A stretch of 64,000 nucleotides of DNA, from sequence record NC_061421.1; one strand, written 5' to 3'. Position numbers and translations under genes: made by a program. The notes beneath the pieces were generated by a model. That model made no database searches. It worked only from the letters and a program-made list of their open reading frames with translations, and had not been told where the DNA came from. Shown piece by piece: positions 35,867 through 45,514 of the stretch. Each line of letters begins with the position of its first letter. Position 1 is the first letter of the stretch.

Positions 35867-38338
35867 CTACGAAAATAAAGCCACGTTGTTCACCCCGTCC
35901 TTCGCCTGACGAAAATCAAAATCAATGATGTCCGAAAAAGGAAGAGCACCGTGGGAAACTGCGTGGTGGGAAATTAAAAACACCTGTGAAAATCTTTCAT
36001 TCTCAACCCCTCGGGTAATGAATTGCATTAAACGAGCTTTGTGTTCCGGGGAAAGCGGGCGGTCAACTTCATCCAGACAAAGCGGGACGTTGTTCAGGTT
36101 CAGGTATAACATCGCTGTTATCTGAAAGGCGAAATCAATGATTTTCATTTGTCCGTCTGAGCCGGTACGCATATCGGGAACAACATAATCGTCCGAGTCA
36201 TGTAATCGTAAAGGGAAGTCGTAGGAGAGGTCGGTATCGTTCGGTTTCCCAATCAGTAATTCCATAGGGTGTGTCCAGATCTCGGCAATTACCTCATTTA
36301 ACTGCGAGATAAAGAGTTTAATAAAACCGTTCATCTGTTCGGCTACTACCCCAGACTTCGGCGAAAGCGTGGAAACCAATAACCGGTAACTCTCCACTTT
36401 CTTTTTTTGTTTCTCTAGCTGCTTTCGAAGGTCATCGATTTGGTCTATCAATGTTTTAGCGTCGTTCAGGGTTTTGGTCAGTGTTCCAATATGCCCTTGT
36501 AAGTCCTGTATCAACAGCAGACGCGTTTGATTAAAGAGGTGGTCAATACCGTCCACTGTATCCGAAACCAGTCTCTCGTAGTTCTGTGTGGCATTATCCA
36601 CAGCTTCGGCATATTGGTCAGCGTACTTCAATCCTTGTTCCCAACTTCGCTGTTCTTCTCGAGCACGAGCCAGTTCATGATAAATCCCTTCCATCCCTTC
36701 TTTTACTTTATCATACCGGCTTCTTACCCCTTCAATCCCCGCTACAACATTTTCTTGTAACCGAGAAAGTACTAATTGCGCATCCTGCATTTTCTGTTTG
36801 GCCCGGTAAACCTCCAGACGTTTCTCCAGATCCTCTTTGAGTAGTAACATGACCTGCACTGCTCGTAACGGTTCGTCTTTCATGGCAACACGACGATCGA
36901 GTTCTAAGAATAACGACTGGGCGGCAGGGGCTTGGTTACGGAGTCCCACTAAATTGCGGAATTGATTCAGCCAGGTTTCGATATTGTCGATTGCTAAGCG
37001 ATTGTCCTCGATAGCCTTTTCACCCTGACGCAAACTTTCACCGACGTCGGTCAGTAATTTCATGAGACGGGGTCGGGCATCGGACGAAACTCCGGGGATG
37101 AAATGAAATTTACATTGCGGGCAATGAACTTCTTTCCCCTGTTCGAGATGATGGAGTTGTTCACGGTATTGCGCTTGTTTCGCGGACAAAGCGTTATAAT
37201 GGTCTTGAAAGCGTTGGCGGTTCTTAAGCAACTCTTCGTAATTTTGTCGGGTGAATTTCCCTTCTGGATCAGGGGTCATCTCCGTCAGTGTTCGAGACCA
37301 CTCCGGGAAGATCATGCTCAGTTGTTCCAGGGCCATTTCTAACGCATTATCATCGATCTCCAGTTCAGGGGCGTAATATTGCTCCTGTGAAGCTACGTGA
37401 AATTGTCGTTCCCAATAGTTGACTTCATTACGTAAACGACTGAGGTTCTCTTCGCTGGCATCGGCATTTCTTTTCAGTATTAATTCTAATTCGTCATATT
37501 CTTCCTGTAACGCTTTCTTACGCGTTTCCATGCCAAAGATATACTCTTTTAGCTTACTGATGCGTTCGATCCATACAGCGCGATCTGTGGCGTTTAAAGG
37601 GGCATCTGGCATAAGCTTGAGCGCAGACTTTATTTGTTCCGGGATTTGTTGCCACTGATATTGTAAGGCAACTGAATCTTGTGCGGTATTTTTTGTTTCC
37701 CGATAATCCTTCAGTACCTCAGTGACAATAGACTGATATTCGACCAGTCGTTCTTTCAACACGCGGTATTCTTCTTCTGAGATACGCTGGGCTTCTTTTT
37801 CTGCTAACGCTTCTTCTAATGCATTGACTGCGCCGGTAGCGTGCGATAACTTCTTCCGGGCTTTATGAAAAAGATTATTAGCAAACGACATATCCGAATC
37901 GGCTAATGCCGTCAATACCTCTTGTCGTTTTGCACTCCCTGCTGCTGAAAATGAAAACTGCCCCGACTGAATAAGTGCAGAGAATTTATCGCCGTTAAGG
38001 TACTTTTGGACAAGATCCCTTTGAACACTTGCGGTCCCGCCGTCATTAAGGTTTTCTCCGTTTAACCAAAATTCGTGTTTAGCATCGGAGCCCACAAGGG
38101 TTTTAGTTTCAATAATCCCGTGATCGGTCTCCAGTACCAAGCGAGATAAGCCGTTTTTTTCGAAGGCGTTACTTGCAGAAGGAAAGGCGGTGATTTCGTC
38201 CAGCAGTGCAGATTTACCGAATCCGTTTGGTCCTACGATAATCTGATAAGGACTTTTTGGCTTGTAGAGAATTCTTTCGATTAAGCCAGAACGCAGGCGC
38301 TTGTTATGAGAAATCTCGGCCTCAATTACTTTGATCAT
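35867..38338 (-). CDS. sbcC: SbcC/Rad50-like SMC ATPase (phiKZ gp165 type)
   Basis: Walker A GPNGFGKS, coiled coils, zinc hook CPQC, signature GSDGQ, Walker B LCLDEVD, H-loop LISHH. Confidence 0.93.
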   Translation of the reverse strand: MIKVIEAEISHNKRLRSGLIERILYKPKSPYQIIVGPNGFGKSALLDEITAFPSASNAFEKNGLSRLVLETDHGIIETKTLVGSDAKHEFWLNGENLNDGGTASVQRDLVQKYLNGDKFSALIQSGQFSFSAAGSAKRQEVLTALADSDMSFANNLFHKARKKLSHATGAVNALEEALAEKEAQRISEEEYRVLKERLVEYQSIVTEVLKDYRETKNTAQDSVALQYQWQQIPEQIKSALKLMPDAPLNATDRAVWIERISKLKEYIFGMETRKKALQEEYDELELILKRNADASEENLSRLRNEVNYWERQFHVASQEQYYAPELEIDDNALEMALEQLSMIFPEWSRTLTEMTPDPEGKFTRQNYEELLKNRQRFQDHYNALSAKQAQYREQLHHLEQGKEVHCPQCKFHFIPGVSSDARPRLMKLLTDVGESLRQGEKAIEDNRLAIDNIETWLNQFRNLVGLRNQAPAAQSLFLELDRRVAMKDEPLRAVQVMLLLKEDLEKRLEVYRAKQKMQDAQLVLSRLQENVVAGIEGVRSRYDKVKEGMEGIYHELARAREEQRSWEQGLKYADQYAEAVDNATQNYERLVSDTVDGIDHLFNQTRLLLIQDLQGHIGTLTKTLNDAKTLIDQIDDLRKQLEKQKKKVESYRLLVSTLSPKSGVVAEQMNGFIKLFISQLNEVIAEIWTHPMELLIGKPNDTDLSYDFPLRLHDSDDYVVPDMRTGSDGQMKIIDFAFQITAMLYLNLNNVPLCLDEVDRPLSPEHKARLMQFITRGVENERFSQVFLISHHAVSHGALPFSDIIDFDFRQAKDGVNNVALFS

Positions 38339-38416
38339 TTTTATCCCTTGTTTCGCCGGAATTATTTGTCTATTGGAATAGGCCGGAAAGTGAAAAAATA
38401 AAAGGAGAACACTTTT

Positions 38417-39406
38417 GTGAATACCGATGACATTGTTGAACGGACGTACGGAATTGTTGCTGAAAACAAAGTTTTAGGTCAAAATAATATTTTGGTATGG
38501 CCACACCAAAAGACACCGTGGATGCAGGGTGACGTACAAAGCCAAATGCAAAAGGTGACGGTGAAAACCGTTGACGGCAACGGAAAGAAGGTGGAAGGCA
38601 CGGCGGTGACGAGTACTGCTGTTGAGGCACGATGGCGCCCGACTGACAGCAACTGGAACACAGCGCCTGACGTTCAGCGTGGTGAGGTCGTTGAGCTTAT
38701 TCGTTACGCGGACATGAATACCTACTTCTGGCGCGAACGAGGAGACGGTTCTGTAGCCCGGCGATTAGAAACTAAACGTCTTTTAGTTTCTGCTAATCAA
38801 ACTGCCGGCGAACCTAACCCTGATACCCATTACATGATCGAAATCTCAGGTCATACCGGTGCTATCAATATCTCAACGTCCAAAGCTAACGGTGAAGTAA
38901 GTAGTTATCACATCACGTTGAATGGGAAAGGTGGCGCAATTAGCCTTGGTGATTCCGACGGGCAAGAAATATTTCTTGAGACGTCAACGAAAACCATTCG
39001 CGCCAGAAACTCCTCAGGTACATTAGTAGAAATAAATGATAAAGACTTAGGACTCTACTGCTTGGAGAATTTAGTAGCAGCAGGAAAAGAAAACATTATC
39101 ATGCAAGCTAAAAACGTTACGGTGCAGGCCGGTGAAACCCTCAGAATGGATGCGGGGAAAACTATGAGCTTGAGCGCGGGTGAGCGCCACGATACTACTG
39201 CGCCCATCATTGCGTTGAACGGTGCCATTCAACTTAACGGACCAATTTCGCAGGTATCCACTGACACCAACTATGACGCGACGTTACAAGGGACATTACG
39301 CGTAGTAACGGATGTTATTGGTGGTAATGTGAGTCTGGTTAATCACCCTCACAGCGGTGTGCAAAAAGGTAATGACAATACCGGTAAACCTGTTGTCACT
39401 GGGTAA
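38417..39406 (+). CDS. Baseplate central spike (gpV/gp5-like; phiKZ gp164 type)
   Basis: OB-fold-like N-terminus, beta-helix-like repeats, apex HxH motif SLVNHPHSGV; GTG start with AAAGGAG SD. Confidence 0.85.
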   Translation: MNTDDIVERTYGIVAENKVLGQNNILVWPHQKTPWMQGDVQSQMQKVTVKTVDGNGKKVEGTAVTSTAVEARWRPTDSNWNTAPDVQRGEVVELIRYADMNTYFWRERGDGSVARRLETKRLLVSANQTAGEPNPDTHYMIEISGHTGAINISTSKANGEVSSYHITLNGKGGAISLGDSDGQEIFLETSTKTIRARNSSGTLVEINDKDLGLYCLENLVAAGKENIIMQAKNVTVQAGETLRMDAGKTMSLSAGERHDTTAPIIALNGAIQLNGPISQVSTDTNYDATLQGTLRVVTDVIGGNVSLVNHPHSGVQKGNDNTGKPVVTG

Positions 39407-39408
39407 CA

Positions 39409-39444
39409 AAACAAACAGGGAGGCAAACGCCTCCCTGTTTGTTT
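39409..39444. terminator. 16-bp hairpin at a convergent junction (same family as 24709)
   Basis: AAACAAACAGGGAGGC-AAAC-GCCTCCCTGTTTGTTT. Confidence 0.8.
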
Positions 39445-39449
39445 ATTCT

Positions 39450-39980
39450 TTACTCGTAAATGACATCAACTAAAGTGATGGCCTTTAACCCTTTTCCGTC
39501 ACCGGAGTCGGAACCGCCACCGTAAGCCCAGACGGTGATTCGCTCCCCGGCCGCAAAATTGCACGCTAATACAGGAGAACGTTTTACACCGTTTCCTGAA
39601 GGTGCTTCCCACGGCCAGTCACTTGGCTGAGTTTGACCAACACCATATTTACCGCCAGAACCGTGCCAACCACCCTGATACCCCTGAAGTGTAACCTCAA
39701 TGACCACACCCACTACTCGCTTAACCGTGGGTAGATCCCAGTAAGTCATTAAGCGGGTGTTTCCCCAAAGGGTACCGCCAATTGACCCGCTACGACCACC
39801 AACGTGTTGGCTGTTCCAGTTAACTTGCGGTAGATCGATCTTGTCCCATAAGGGCCGCCACTGACCAGACAGACAGACCCAAGCGTTATCGATTCGACGC
39901 CAGCTACCGCCCATCTTAAGCCAAGGTAGATCAAGACTACGCCACCCACCGCCAATATCCACCGAAGGCATACTTCGCAT
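39450..39980 (-). CDS. Probable tail-fibre tip/receptor-binding protein
   Basis: Trp-rich GGGWR..L.W.KMGGSWRRI..AW...SGQWRP N-terminus followed by a Gly-rich beta domain; GGAGG SD; directly after a fibre gene. Confidence 0.6.
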   Translation of the reverse strand: MRSMPSVDIGGGWRSLDLPWLKMGGSWRRIDNAWVCLSGQWRPLWDKIDLPQVNWNSQHVGGRSGSIGGTLWGNTRLMTYWDLPTVKRVVGVVIEVTLQGYQGGWHGSGGKYGVGQTQPSDWPWEAPSGNGVKRSPVLACNFAAGERITVWAYGGGSDSGDGKGLKAITLVDVIYE

Positions 39981-39995
39981 GACTACATACCTCCC

Positions 39996-41351
39996 TTATA
40001 GATATTTCCACCAGATATGCCCGTCGCGATAACCGCTAGTGCTCCCAGGCGGGTTACTACCGGAGAAAGTTCGGTAGCCGTCTGTGTAACGTCGAATACT
40101 GTACGGCGTAGCAAAGACGCTCCCGGCGTTACCGTCATAGTTTTCCTGATCAGTAGCTTCTCGCCAGTTCGGGACACTACCTAATCCGACCTGCGCTTTC
40201 GTAACTTGGTGTGGGTTAGACTTATTATTCGCGTGCGAGGCAATATTCGGATCGGGCTGGTTCGTGGTATGTACGCGACCCATCGAGGTGTTGTCAACCT
40301 GCGCTAAAATTTGCGTGCCGTCCCACCCAATACGGATCGTGTTGGTTAACATATTGGTACCGCCACCACGAATTACCTGCGCATTATTCGTCACGTTCCC
40401 TAAACCGACTTGAGCAGCGGTGGTGTTATGCGGGTTAGAGGTGTTTTGCACGTGACTTGTGATCACCGGGGTAACATTGGTGCTCACGTATTTGTTAATT
40501 TGTTGCATTCCCCTTAATGGGGTCATGACAACGTTAAGGGCAGTTCCGTCTTCCGCTTCTGTCTGGGTTGCCGGGCGATAGTTTTCAACTGCCCCTAAAC
40601 CGACTTGCGCTTTCGTAACTTGGTGTGGGTTAGAAACGTCCTCGGTATGCGTTGTCAGATTATTCTGCACCGCATTAACACTATTGATCACGCCATCAAT
40701 ACGATTGTCTAAACGTTCGATCTCTGCGTACAAATCGGTATCGGTCTGACGCAGCGAATCTAGCGTTTCATCGAGGTATGCCTTGATACGATCGATGTAA
40801 TTGTAAAGGACATCGTGGGAAGAAACGTCGCCGGTATAAGCCGCCTGTACCAGTTCTTCTAACGCTAACACAACGTACTCAAGTCCGTAGAGGTCGGTTG
40901 CAGAGTGTAAGTGTTTCGACGGGTTAAACTCAACGGGCTTCCCTAGAATGGCGTCCCAGGTCACGGCGCGGTTGTCTTGTTGCAGATCCGAAATAAGCTG
41001 CACTAAAACATCACGGGCTGTGGTGTAGGGGCCACCGACGCATTGATACGTTAAATAAACATCGGTGACATTGGCGCTGAGTATCTGAACAATGGTGCAA
41101 ATAGGTTTACCAATTTCAAGTTCCGCTTCCTGATAAGGATAGAGGATTTTGTAATCGGTATTCAGCGTTAGCTCTGCGCCGGTCGCTTGATCAACCACTA
41201 CCATACTTTTAGTAAAGAAAGCGCCGGCATAGGGCGCAATCGCACGATAGACTTCACGGCCTACTGAACGAGCTTCGTTAACAATTTTATTACTGGTCGC
41301 TGTCCCTGTGCGGTCCAGGGGATATTTTAATGCCGCAGTACTGACTGTCAT
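39996..41351 (-). CDS. Tail fibre protein (phiKZ gp145/146-like)
   Basis: Three H....NPH..T.AQVGL repeats; C-terminal GSNPP...DGHIWWKY motif. Confidence 0.8.
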   Translation of the reverse strand: MTVSTAALKYPLDRTGTATSNKIVNEARSVGREVYRAIAPYAGAFFTKSMVVVDQATGAELTLNTDYKILYPYQEAELEIGKPICTIVQILSANVTDVYLTYQCVGGPYTTARDVLVQLISDLQQDNRAVTWDAILGKPVEFNPSKHLHSATDLYGLEYVVLALEELVQAAYTGDVSSHDVLYNYIDRIKAYLDETLDSLRQTDTDLYAEIERLDNRIDGVINSVNAVQNNLTTHTEDVSNPHQVTKAQVGLGAVENYRPATQTEAEDGTALNVVMTPLRGMQQINKYVSTNVTPVITSHVQNTSNPHNTTAAQVGLGNVTNNAQVIRGGGTNMLTNTIRIGWDGTQILAQVDNTSMGRVHTTNQPDPNIASHANNKSNPHQVTKAQVGLGSVPNWREATDQENYDGNAGSVFATPYSIRRYTDGYRTFSGSNPPGSTSGYRDGHIWWKYL

Positions 41352-41364
41352 TTTAGGACCTCAC

Positions 41365-43596
41365 TTATACTGCAGTCGGTGGATTGATAACGGCGAACCC
41401 TGAACTTGAGACAGGAACAAAACTCTCCCCACTACCCAAGTTACAGATCAGACGCCCAACTCTAAGTTCGGCTGGCAGACCACTTAAATCTACCACGGTG
41501 TCTACCGCCCAAGCCGACGCACTGTACTTGTAGCTTTGATGACTTATGACGTCAACAATACTGTATGTCAACCCACCGAAACTCGTTGGTGTAAACACCA
41601 ACGCATCCTTACCATTGACAATGAAGCCTGCCATACTCGCGAAGGTCGTTGGGGTAAAGGTCACGCTACTCACGTTGACCGTGACGGTCGTTGATGCAAC
41701 GGTCACTGACATTGTGGTCCCGGAAAGGGTGCAAGTAACCTGAACAGAGGCCCCTGTTAGAGCGGCCAAAGCAACGTCGCTACCCGTTGTCCAGACACCC
41801 GCAATATAAGTACCTAAATACACGGCACCGTTCTTAAAAAAGATCCCCGCGTAATTTTCATTACCGTTGCTGTCTTGGTAATAACCGAAGATAAAGCCCG
41901 GGATAGATGTACCGGTGGCTACGTCGACATAAGCGCGTTGCGAGTAGCTTGCTGGAGCTGGCGTGATTAACGCACTTACTTGACTGGCGCTATGCAGTGG
42001 GGAGGTCACGGTACGGAGGGTTGAGCTCCATTCTTTATTAACACCCGTCGAGGACCTGGTACTACTGGCCACCAACCCGCCTGCTGGAAAACCGGAAATC
42101 AGTTTGGCGATATATGAGGGTTGGCAGGAGTAGTTGCGAACCAACACATTGCTCGTCAGCGCAGTAGTGACCCCCGCCGGGTCGACATAAGTCTGAGTTG
42201 CTGTTCCGGCCTGGTTTTCTGCGGTCGTTGCAAATCCTGCATTAACTACATTCCCAAGACCCACATCCACTGCGGTTAGGTTGGTACCTTGTTCAATTGC
42301 CTGATCGACGTACATTTTCGCCGAATTGGTCCACCAGTAGGCGATGCCTGCCGGAGTAGTGAACAGATTCGTTGCGGTACCCAGCAAGGTTTGATCGTTG
42401 GTGGCGGTACCGTAGTTACTCACGTTTCCAAGACCGACTTGCGTAGCAGTGACCTGGTGCGGGTTGTTGTAATCCAGTAAGTGCGCAGCTAAAGGTTGGT
42501 CTGTCGAGTTCGTCAACATCAAGTTGGCTAAGTACGGCGTTAAGAGCGTCGTTTTACTGACGCCTGCCAGGGCCTCTTCTTCTGTCGCCGTTGCATAGTT
42601 AGGGACATTCCCTAAACCGACCTGCGTCTTTGTGACACCGTGAGGGTTATTGGTATTAGCGGTATGGAATTCCATAATACCCGGCACTAACGCGTTGGCT
42701 AAAATACGCCCGCCAGACGGAGTCAGTAAGAGGTTATCTGCCACCCCTGCCGAAGATTCAAGTGAGTTTGCTGTGCGGTAGTTAGGAACTAAATCTAACC
42801 CGACTTGCGCTTTAGTAACGCCGTGAGGGTTAGACTGGTCGTCTTCGTGTTCTTGCAGCATCGGCTGGAAAATAGCCTGGAACTGCTGCGAGGTACGAAG
42901 AGACGTCATGTAATAGGTATTGTCTGTCCCGCCTTCTGCTTGTTCTTTCGAAGCCGGTACTAAGTTACCGAGATCATCGATCCCTAAATCGGCCAGCGTA
43001 ATATGGTGCGGGTTGTTGTGGTCGGCAATGTGCTCCAGCAGGGATTGCATTGCTTTATTGAATCCGGCAGTTTGCGAATCGGACAGCGAATAGATGGCCG
43101 AGATAACTTCGCTGAAACCTGTCATGTCATCTGCGTCATGACGATGCGCGATCGGCGGGAATTCGGTCGGTAAATTGACTACAGCACCCCACTGCAATGA
43201 ACGAGGATCTTGAGCCTTATTTGCCATTAACTGGAGAATACTGTTCTCATCCAGACAGAATTCACCGCCTAATGTGTGGTAGTCAATTTCAATATTTGCG
43301 CTGAGTGATTTGTCATTAAAGACAATAGCGCCATAAACAGGTAATTGACTCCCGCTGACAATAATTTGGTCAAAACGAAAACCGAAGAAATAATCCACAT
43401 CGGGTCGTAAAGTTACCCCAGTGGTCGTGTTGCGGCAGACAAAACCGCGGCGAAAGAACGGGGCGTAACGCGGGACAATAAAGTTAAAGTCCGTTCCGTT
43501 AGCCGCCGTTATCGTATGAGCCTCACTTGAGATCTGATTACTGCTATTCTCTTGGTAAGGATCGAAGTCATATGGGAATACAATTTCGTCGCTCAT
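41365..43596 (-). CDS. Long tail fibre protein
   Basis: Four NPH repeats, shared N-terminal baseplate-attachment-like domain, beta-rich C-terminus; ATG at 43596 with GAGGA SD. Confidence 0.8.
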   Translation of the reverse strand: MSDEIVFPYDFDPYQENSSNQISSEAHTITAANGTDFNFIVPRYAPFFRRGFVCRNTTTGVTLRPDVDYFFGFRFDQIIVSGSQLPVYGAIVFNDKSLSANIEIDYHTLGGEFCLDENSILQLMANKAQDPRSLQWGAVVNLPTEFPPIAHRHDADDMTGFSEVISAIYSLSDSQTAGFNKAMQSLLEHIADHNNPHHITLADLGIDDLGNLVPASKEQAEGGTDNTYYMTSLRTSQQFQAIFQPMLQEHEDDQSNPHGVTKAQVGLDLVPNYRTANSLESSAGVADNLLLTPSGGRILANALVPGIMEFHTANTNNPHGVTKTQVGLGNVPNYATATEEEALAGVSKTTLLTPYLANLMLTNSTDQPLAAHLLDYNNPHQVTATQVGLGNVSNYGTATNDQTLLGTATNLFTTPAGIAYWWTNSAKMYVDQAIEQGTNLTAVDVGLGNVVNAGFATTAENQAGTATQTYVDPAGVTTALTSNVLVRNYSCQPSYIAKLISGFPAGGLVASSTRSSTGVNKEWSSTLRTVTSPLHSASQVSALITPAPASYSQRAYVDVATGTSIPGFIFGYYQDSNGNENYAGIFFKNGAVYLGTYIAGVWTTGSDVALAALTGASVQVTCTLSGTTMSVTVASTTVTVNVSSVTFTPTTFASMAGFIVNGKDALVFTPTSFGGLTYSIVDVISHQSYKYSASAWAVDTVVDLSGLPAELRVGRLICNLGSGESFVPVSSSGFAVINPPTAV

Positions 43597-43661
43597 GATT
43601 ATCCTCAATGTACCATCGGCCGATGGATCAACATACCAATACTCATCAAAAAGGACCAGAC

Positions 43662-44906
43662 ATGTATCAGCTTATACAGGCACAGACGCGTACAAAAGGA
43701 AGTTTTAATGATTGGGTAAGAACCGACATTGGCGAACAACGGCTTTTATCTATTTTTACTCTGTACAGCAATGTTCTCGTTTACCTTTACGACGTGACCA
43801 ATGAGAAGAATGGGTGGTTAGATCTTTATTCTCTTCCGGTGTCCGTACGCGACTCCGTAGCCACACTCAACCAGTATCTTTCTCTGGCCAGTGGTCTGAC
43901 CCTCGTTGAGGATGACCCGCGCGGTGAACGCGGTGAACGCTACGTACGTTTCCTCAACGCGATGGCCTATAAGTTCACCTTCCGAGGGACCAATGCCAAC
44001 TTCAGTACCGATGAAACATTACTTCCCGACCAACGCGTAGACCTTCTCTTACAACGAGATGGAATCACCGATTACACCACAATCGTCAATAAGACATTAT
44101 GGACAGTGAACGGGTTATGTTTTCGGGCATGGCCTATCGATGGCCTCGGTATCACTCTGAACCACGCTGGGAAGTTTGCGTCTAAATTTAATGATCTTCG
44201 CGTCGGGATTTTGGATTTCAGTACAATCGGCGCAGTGAGCACTTACCCTATTACGGAAAGTATGATTCAGGGCGGGGGGACACAACTCCCGTTATCGCGA
44301 GGGTTCTTTTTGCGGTCCCCCGAAGCACTGACCGGAAAGTCAGTAGGATTAGTCATTGCGGGTAAGTTGTATTTATTGGACAAAGAGGTATCTATCACTG
44401 GAGAAACTCGCATCCAGGTCCATATGCAAAACATCAACCTGATTAATCATTTCTTTGAAACGCACAATTATCTGGACTATTCGGATATTCCATTATCCGA
44501 AGACATTAATGAACCAGAACAGGTCGTCGCCAATCAGTTTTTAACGGACGCGGTTATCAAGGCGTTTCTGACCTCCGTTTACTCGTACCTGATTATTATT
44601 GACAGCGCGAATCTCGAAAAAGAACACCTGTCGTTAAAACGGACAAAAATTGACGGGACGTACCTTTCTCCGGGTTCAGTACTCCCTGACCTCCCTGTAC
44701 AAATAGGGAACGGTTATTTAGCTGAATACACGCTTTGGGAGCAGGACGGCTTCTATGCGCTACGATTACCCCATTCCACCATCAACAACTGGTTTTACGA
44801 AACCATTCCCATGAACGAACGACAGTTAGTCCAAAATCAACGCTACGGCTATCACCCGGTTACTCCGTCTGAGGCTCGGTTTCTACTCATTAAAAAGGTT
44901 GCTTAA
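43662..44906 (+). CDS. Conserved virion structural protein
   Basis: ATG at 43662 with AAGGA SD (the ORF-track start 43608 is probably too long); divergent from the fibre genes. Confidence 0.65.
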   Translation: MYQLIQAQTRTKGSFNDWVRTDIGEQRLLSIFTLYSNVLVYLYDVTNEKNGWLDLYSLPVSVRDSVATLNQYLSLASGLTLVEDDPRGERGERYVRFLNAMAYKFTFRGTNANFSTDETLLPDQRVDLLLQRDGITDYTTIVNKTLWTVNGLCFRAWPIDGLGITLNHAGKFASKFNDLRVGILDFSTIGAVSTYPITESMIQGGGTQLPLSRGFFLRSPEALTGKSVGLVIAGKLYLLDKEVSITGETRIQVHMQNINLINHFFETHNYLDYSDIPLSEDINEPEQVVANQFLTDAVIKAFLTSVYSYLIIIDSANLEKEHLSLKRTKIDGTYLSPGSVLPDLPVQIGNGYLAEYTLWEQDGFYALRLPHSTINNWFYETIPMNERQLVQNQRYGYHPVTPSEARFLLIKKVA

Positions 44907-44908
44907 CC

Positions 44909-45508
44909 ATGTGGACAACGCTTGCCGGTAATAGGTACTTTCGCTGCTTAATCGTGATCCTTTTGATTATGTTACTCGTCTTCGGTATCTATCAGGCCGG
45001 GAAGTACGTACAAAAGAAAATTAACGATACCGTTGCACAAGTCACCAACCAGATTACAAAGAATGTTCAAGAGAGCCTTCAAAAATCTCTCAATGAACAA
45101 ATGGGCGGTTTGCAGAATCAAATCGACAACAATTTCAGTTCTATAAACGGTAAATTCGATGAACAGCAACAAAGTATTAATGACACTAAGCTTAAGCTTA
45201 ATAATATTGGCGATGTCTGGTTGCGCGTCGAAAGAGTACGTACCGACGCAGAACACGTCAGTAACGCTAAAGGTACCGGAAGTAAAAGTACCGGAAGTTC
45301 GGGAGGAAGTGATGGAACCTATTACGCCAAACTTCCAGATTCGAATGTGCAATTTCTTAAAGGGGAAGCCTTTAGAGCAGATCAATGCGCCGTGCGACTC
45401 GGGGCAGCCCAACAAGTAATTGTGCAGTACAAAGGAGCGTTCGAGAAGTATCAAAGTCTGGTCGCCACTTATTTGGCGGCAGCACAAATCGGCGAACAAA
45501 CGAAATAG
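44909..45508 (+). CDS. Rz: Inner-membrane spanin (Rz-like)
   Basis: N-terminal TM LIVILLIMLLVFGIY, coiled coil, Gly/Ser linker, C-terminal EAFRADQCAVRLGAAQ; hosts an embedded lipoprotein ORF. Confidence 0.78.
   Translation: MWTTLAGNRYFRCLIVILLIMLLVFGIYQAGKYVQKKINDTVAQVTNQITKNVQESLQKSLNEQMGGLQNQIDNNFSSINGKFDEQQQSINDTKLKLNNIGDVWLRVERVRTDAEHVSNAKGTGSKSTGSSGGSDGTYYAKLPDSNVQFLKGEAFRADQCAVRLGAAQQVIVQYKGAFEKYQSLVATYLAAAQIGEQTK
45159..45419 (+). CDS. Rz1: Outer-membrane lipoprotein spanin (Rz1-like), fully embedded in the +1 frame of Rz
   Basis: Signal peptide II MNSNKVLMTLSLSLIILAMSG|C; Pro-rich mature part with two further Cys. Confidence 0.75.
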   Translation: MNSNKVLMTLSLSLIILAMSGCASKEYVPTQNTSVTLKVPEVKVPEVREEVMEPITPNFQIRMCNFLKGKPLEQINAPCDSGQPNK

Positions 45509-45514
45509 CAAACA

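Noticed and set aside
40186-42840. Regularly spaced repeats suggestive of a CRISPR array or DGR template/variable repeats
   Set aside because: The repeats are in-frame coding units of fibre proteins with irregular spacing; no cas or reverse transcriptase gene, and no A-specific mismatch pattern.
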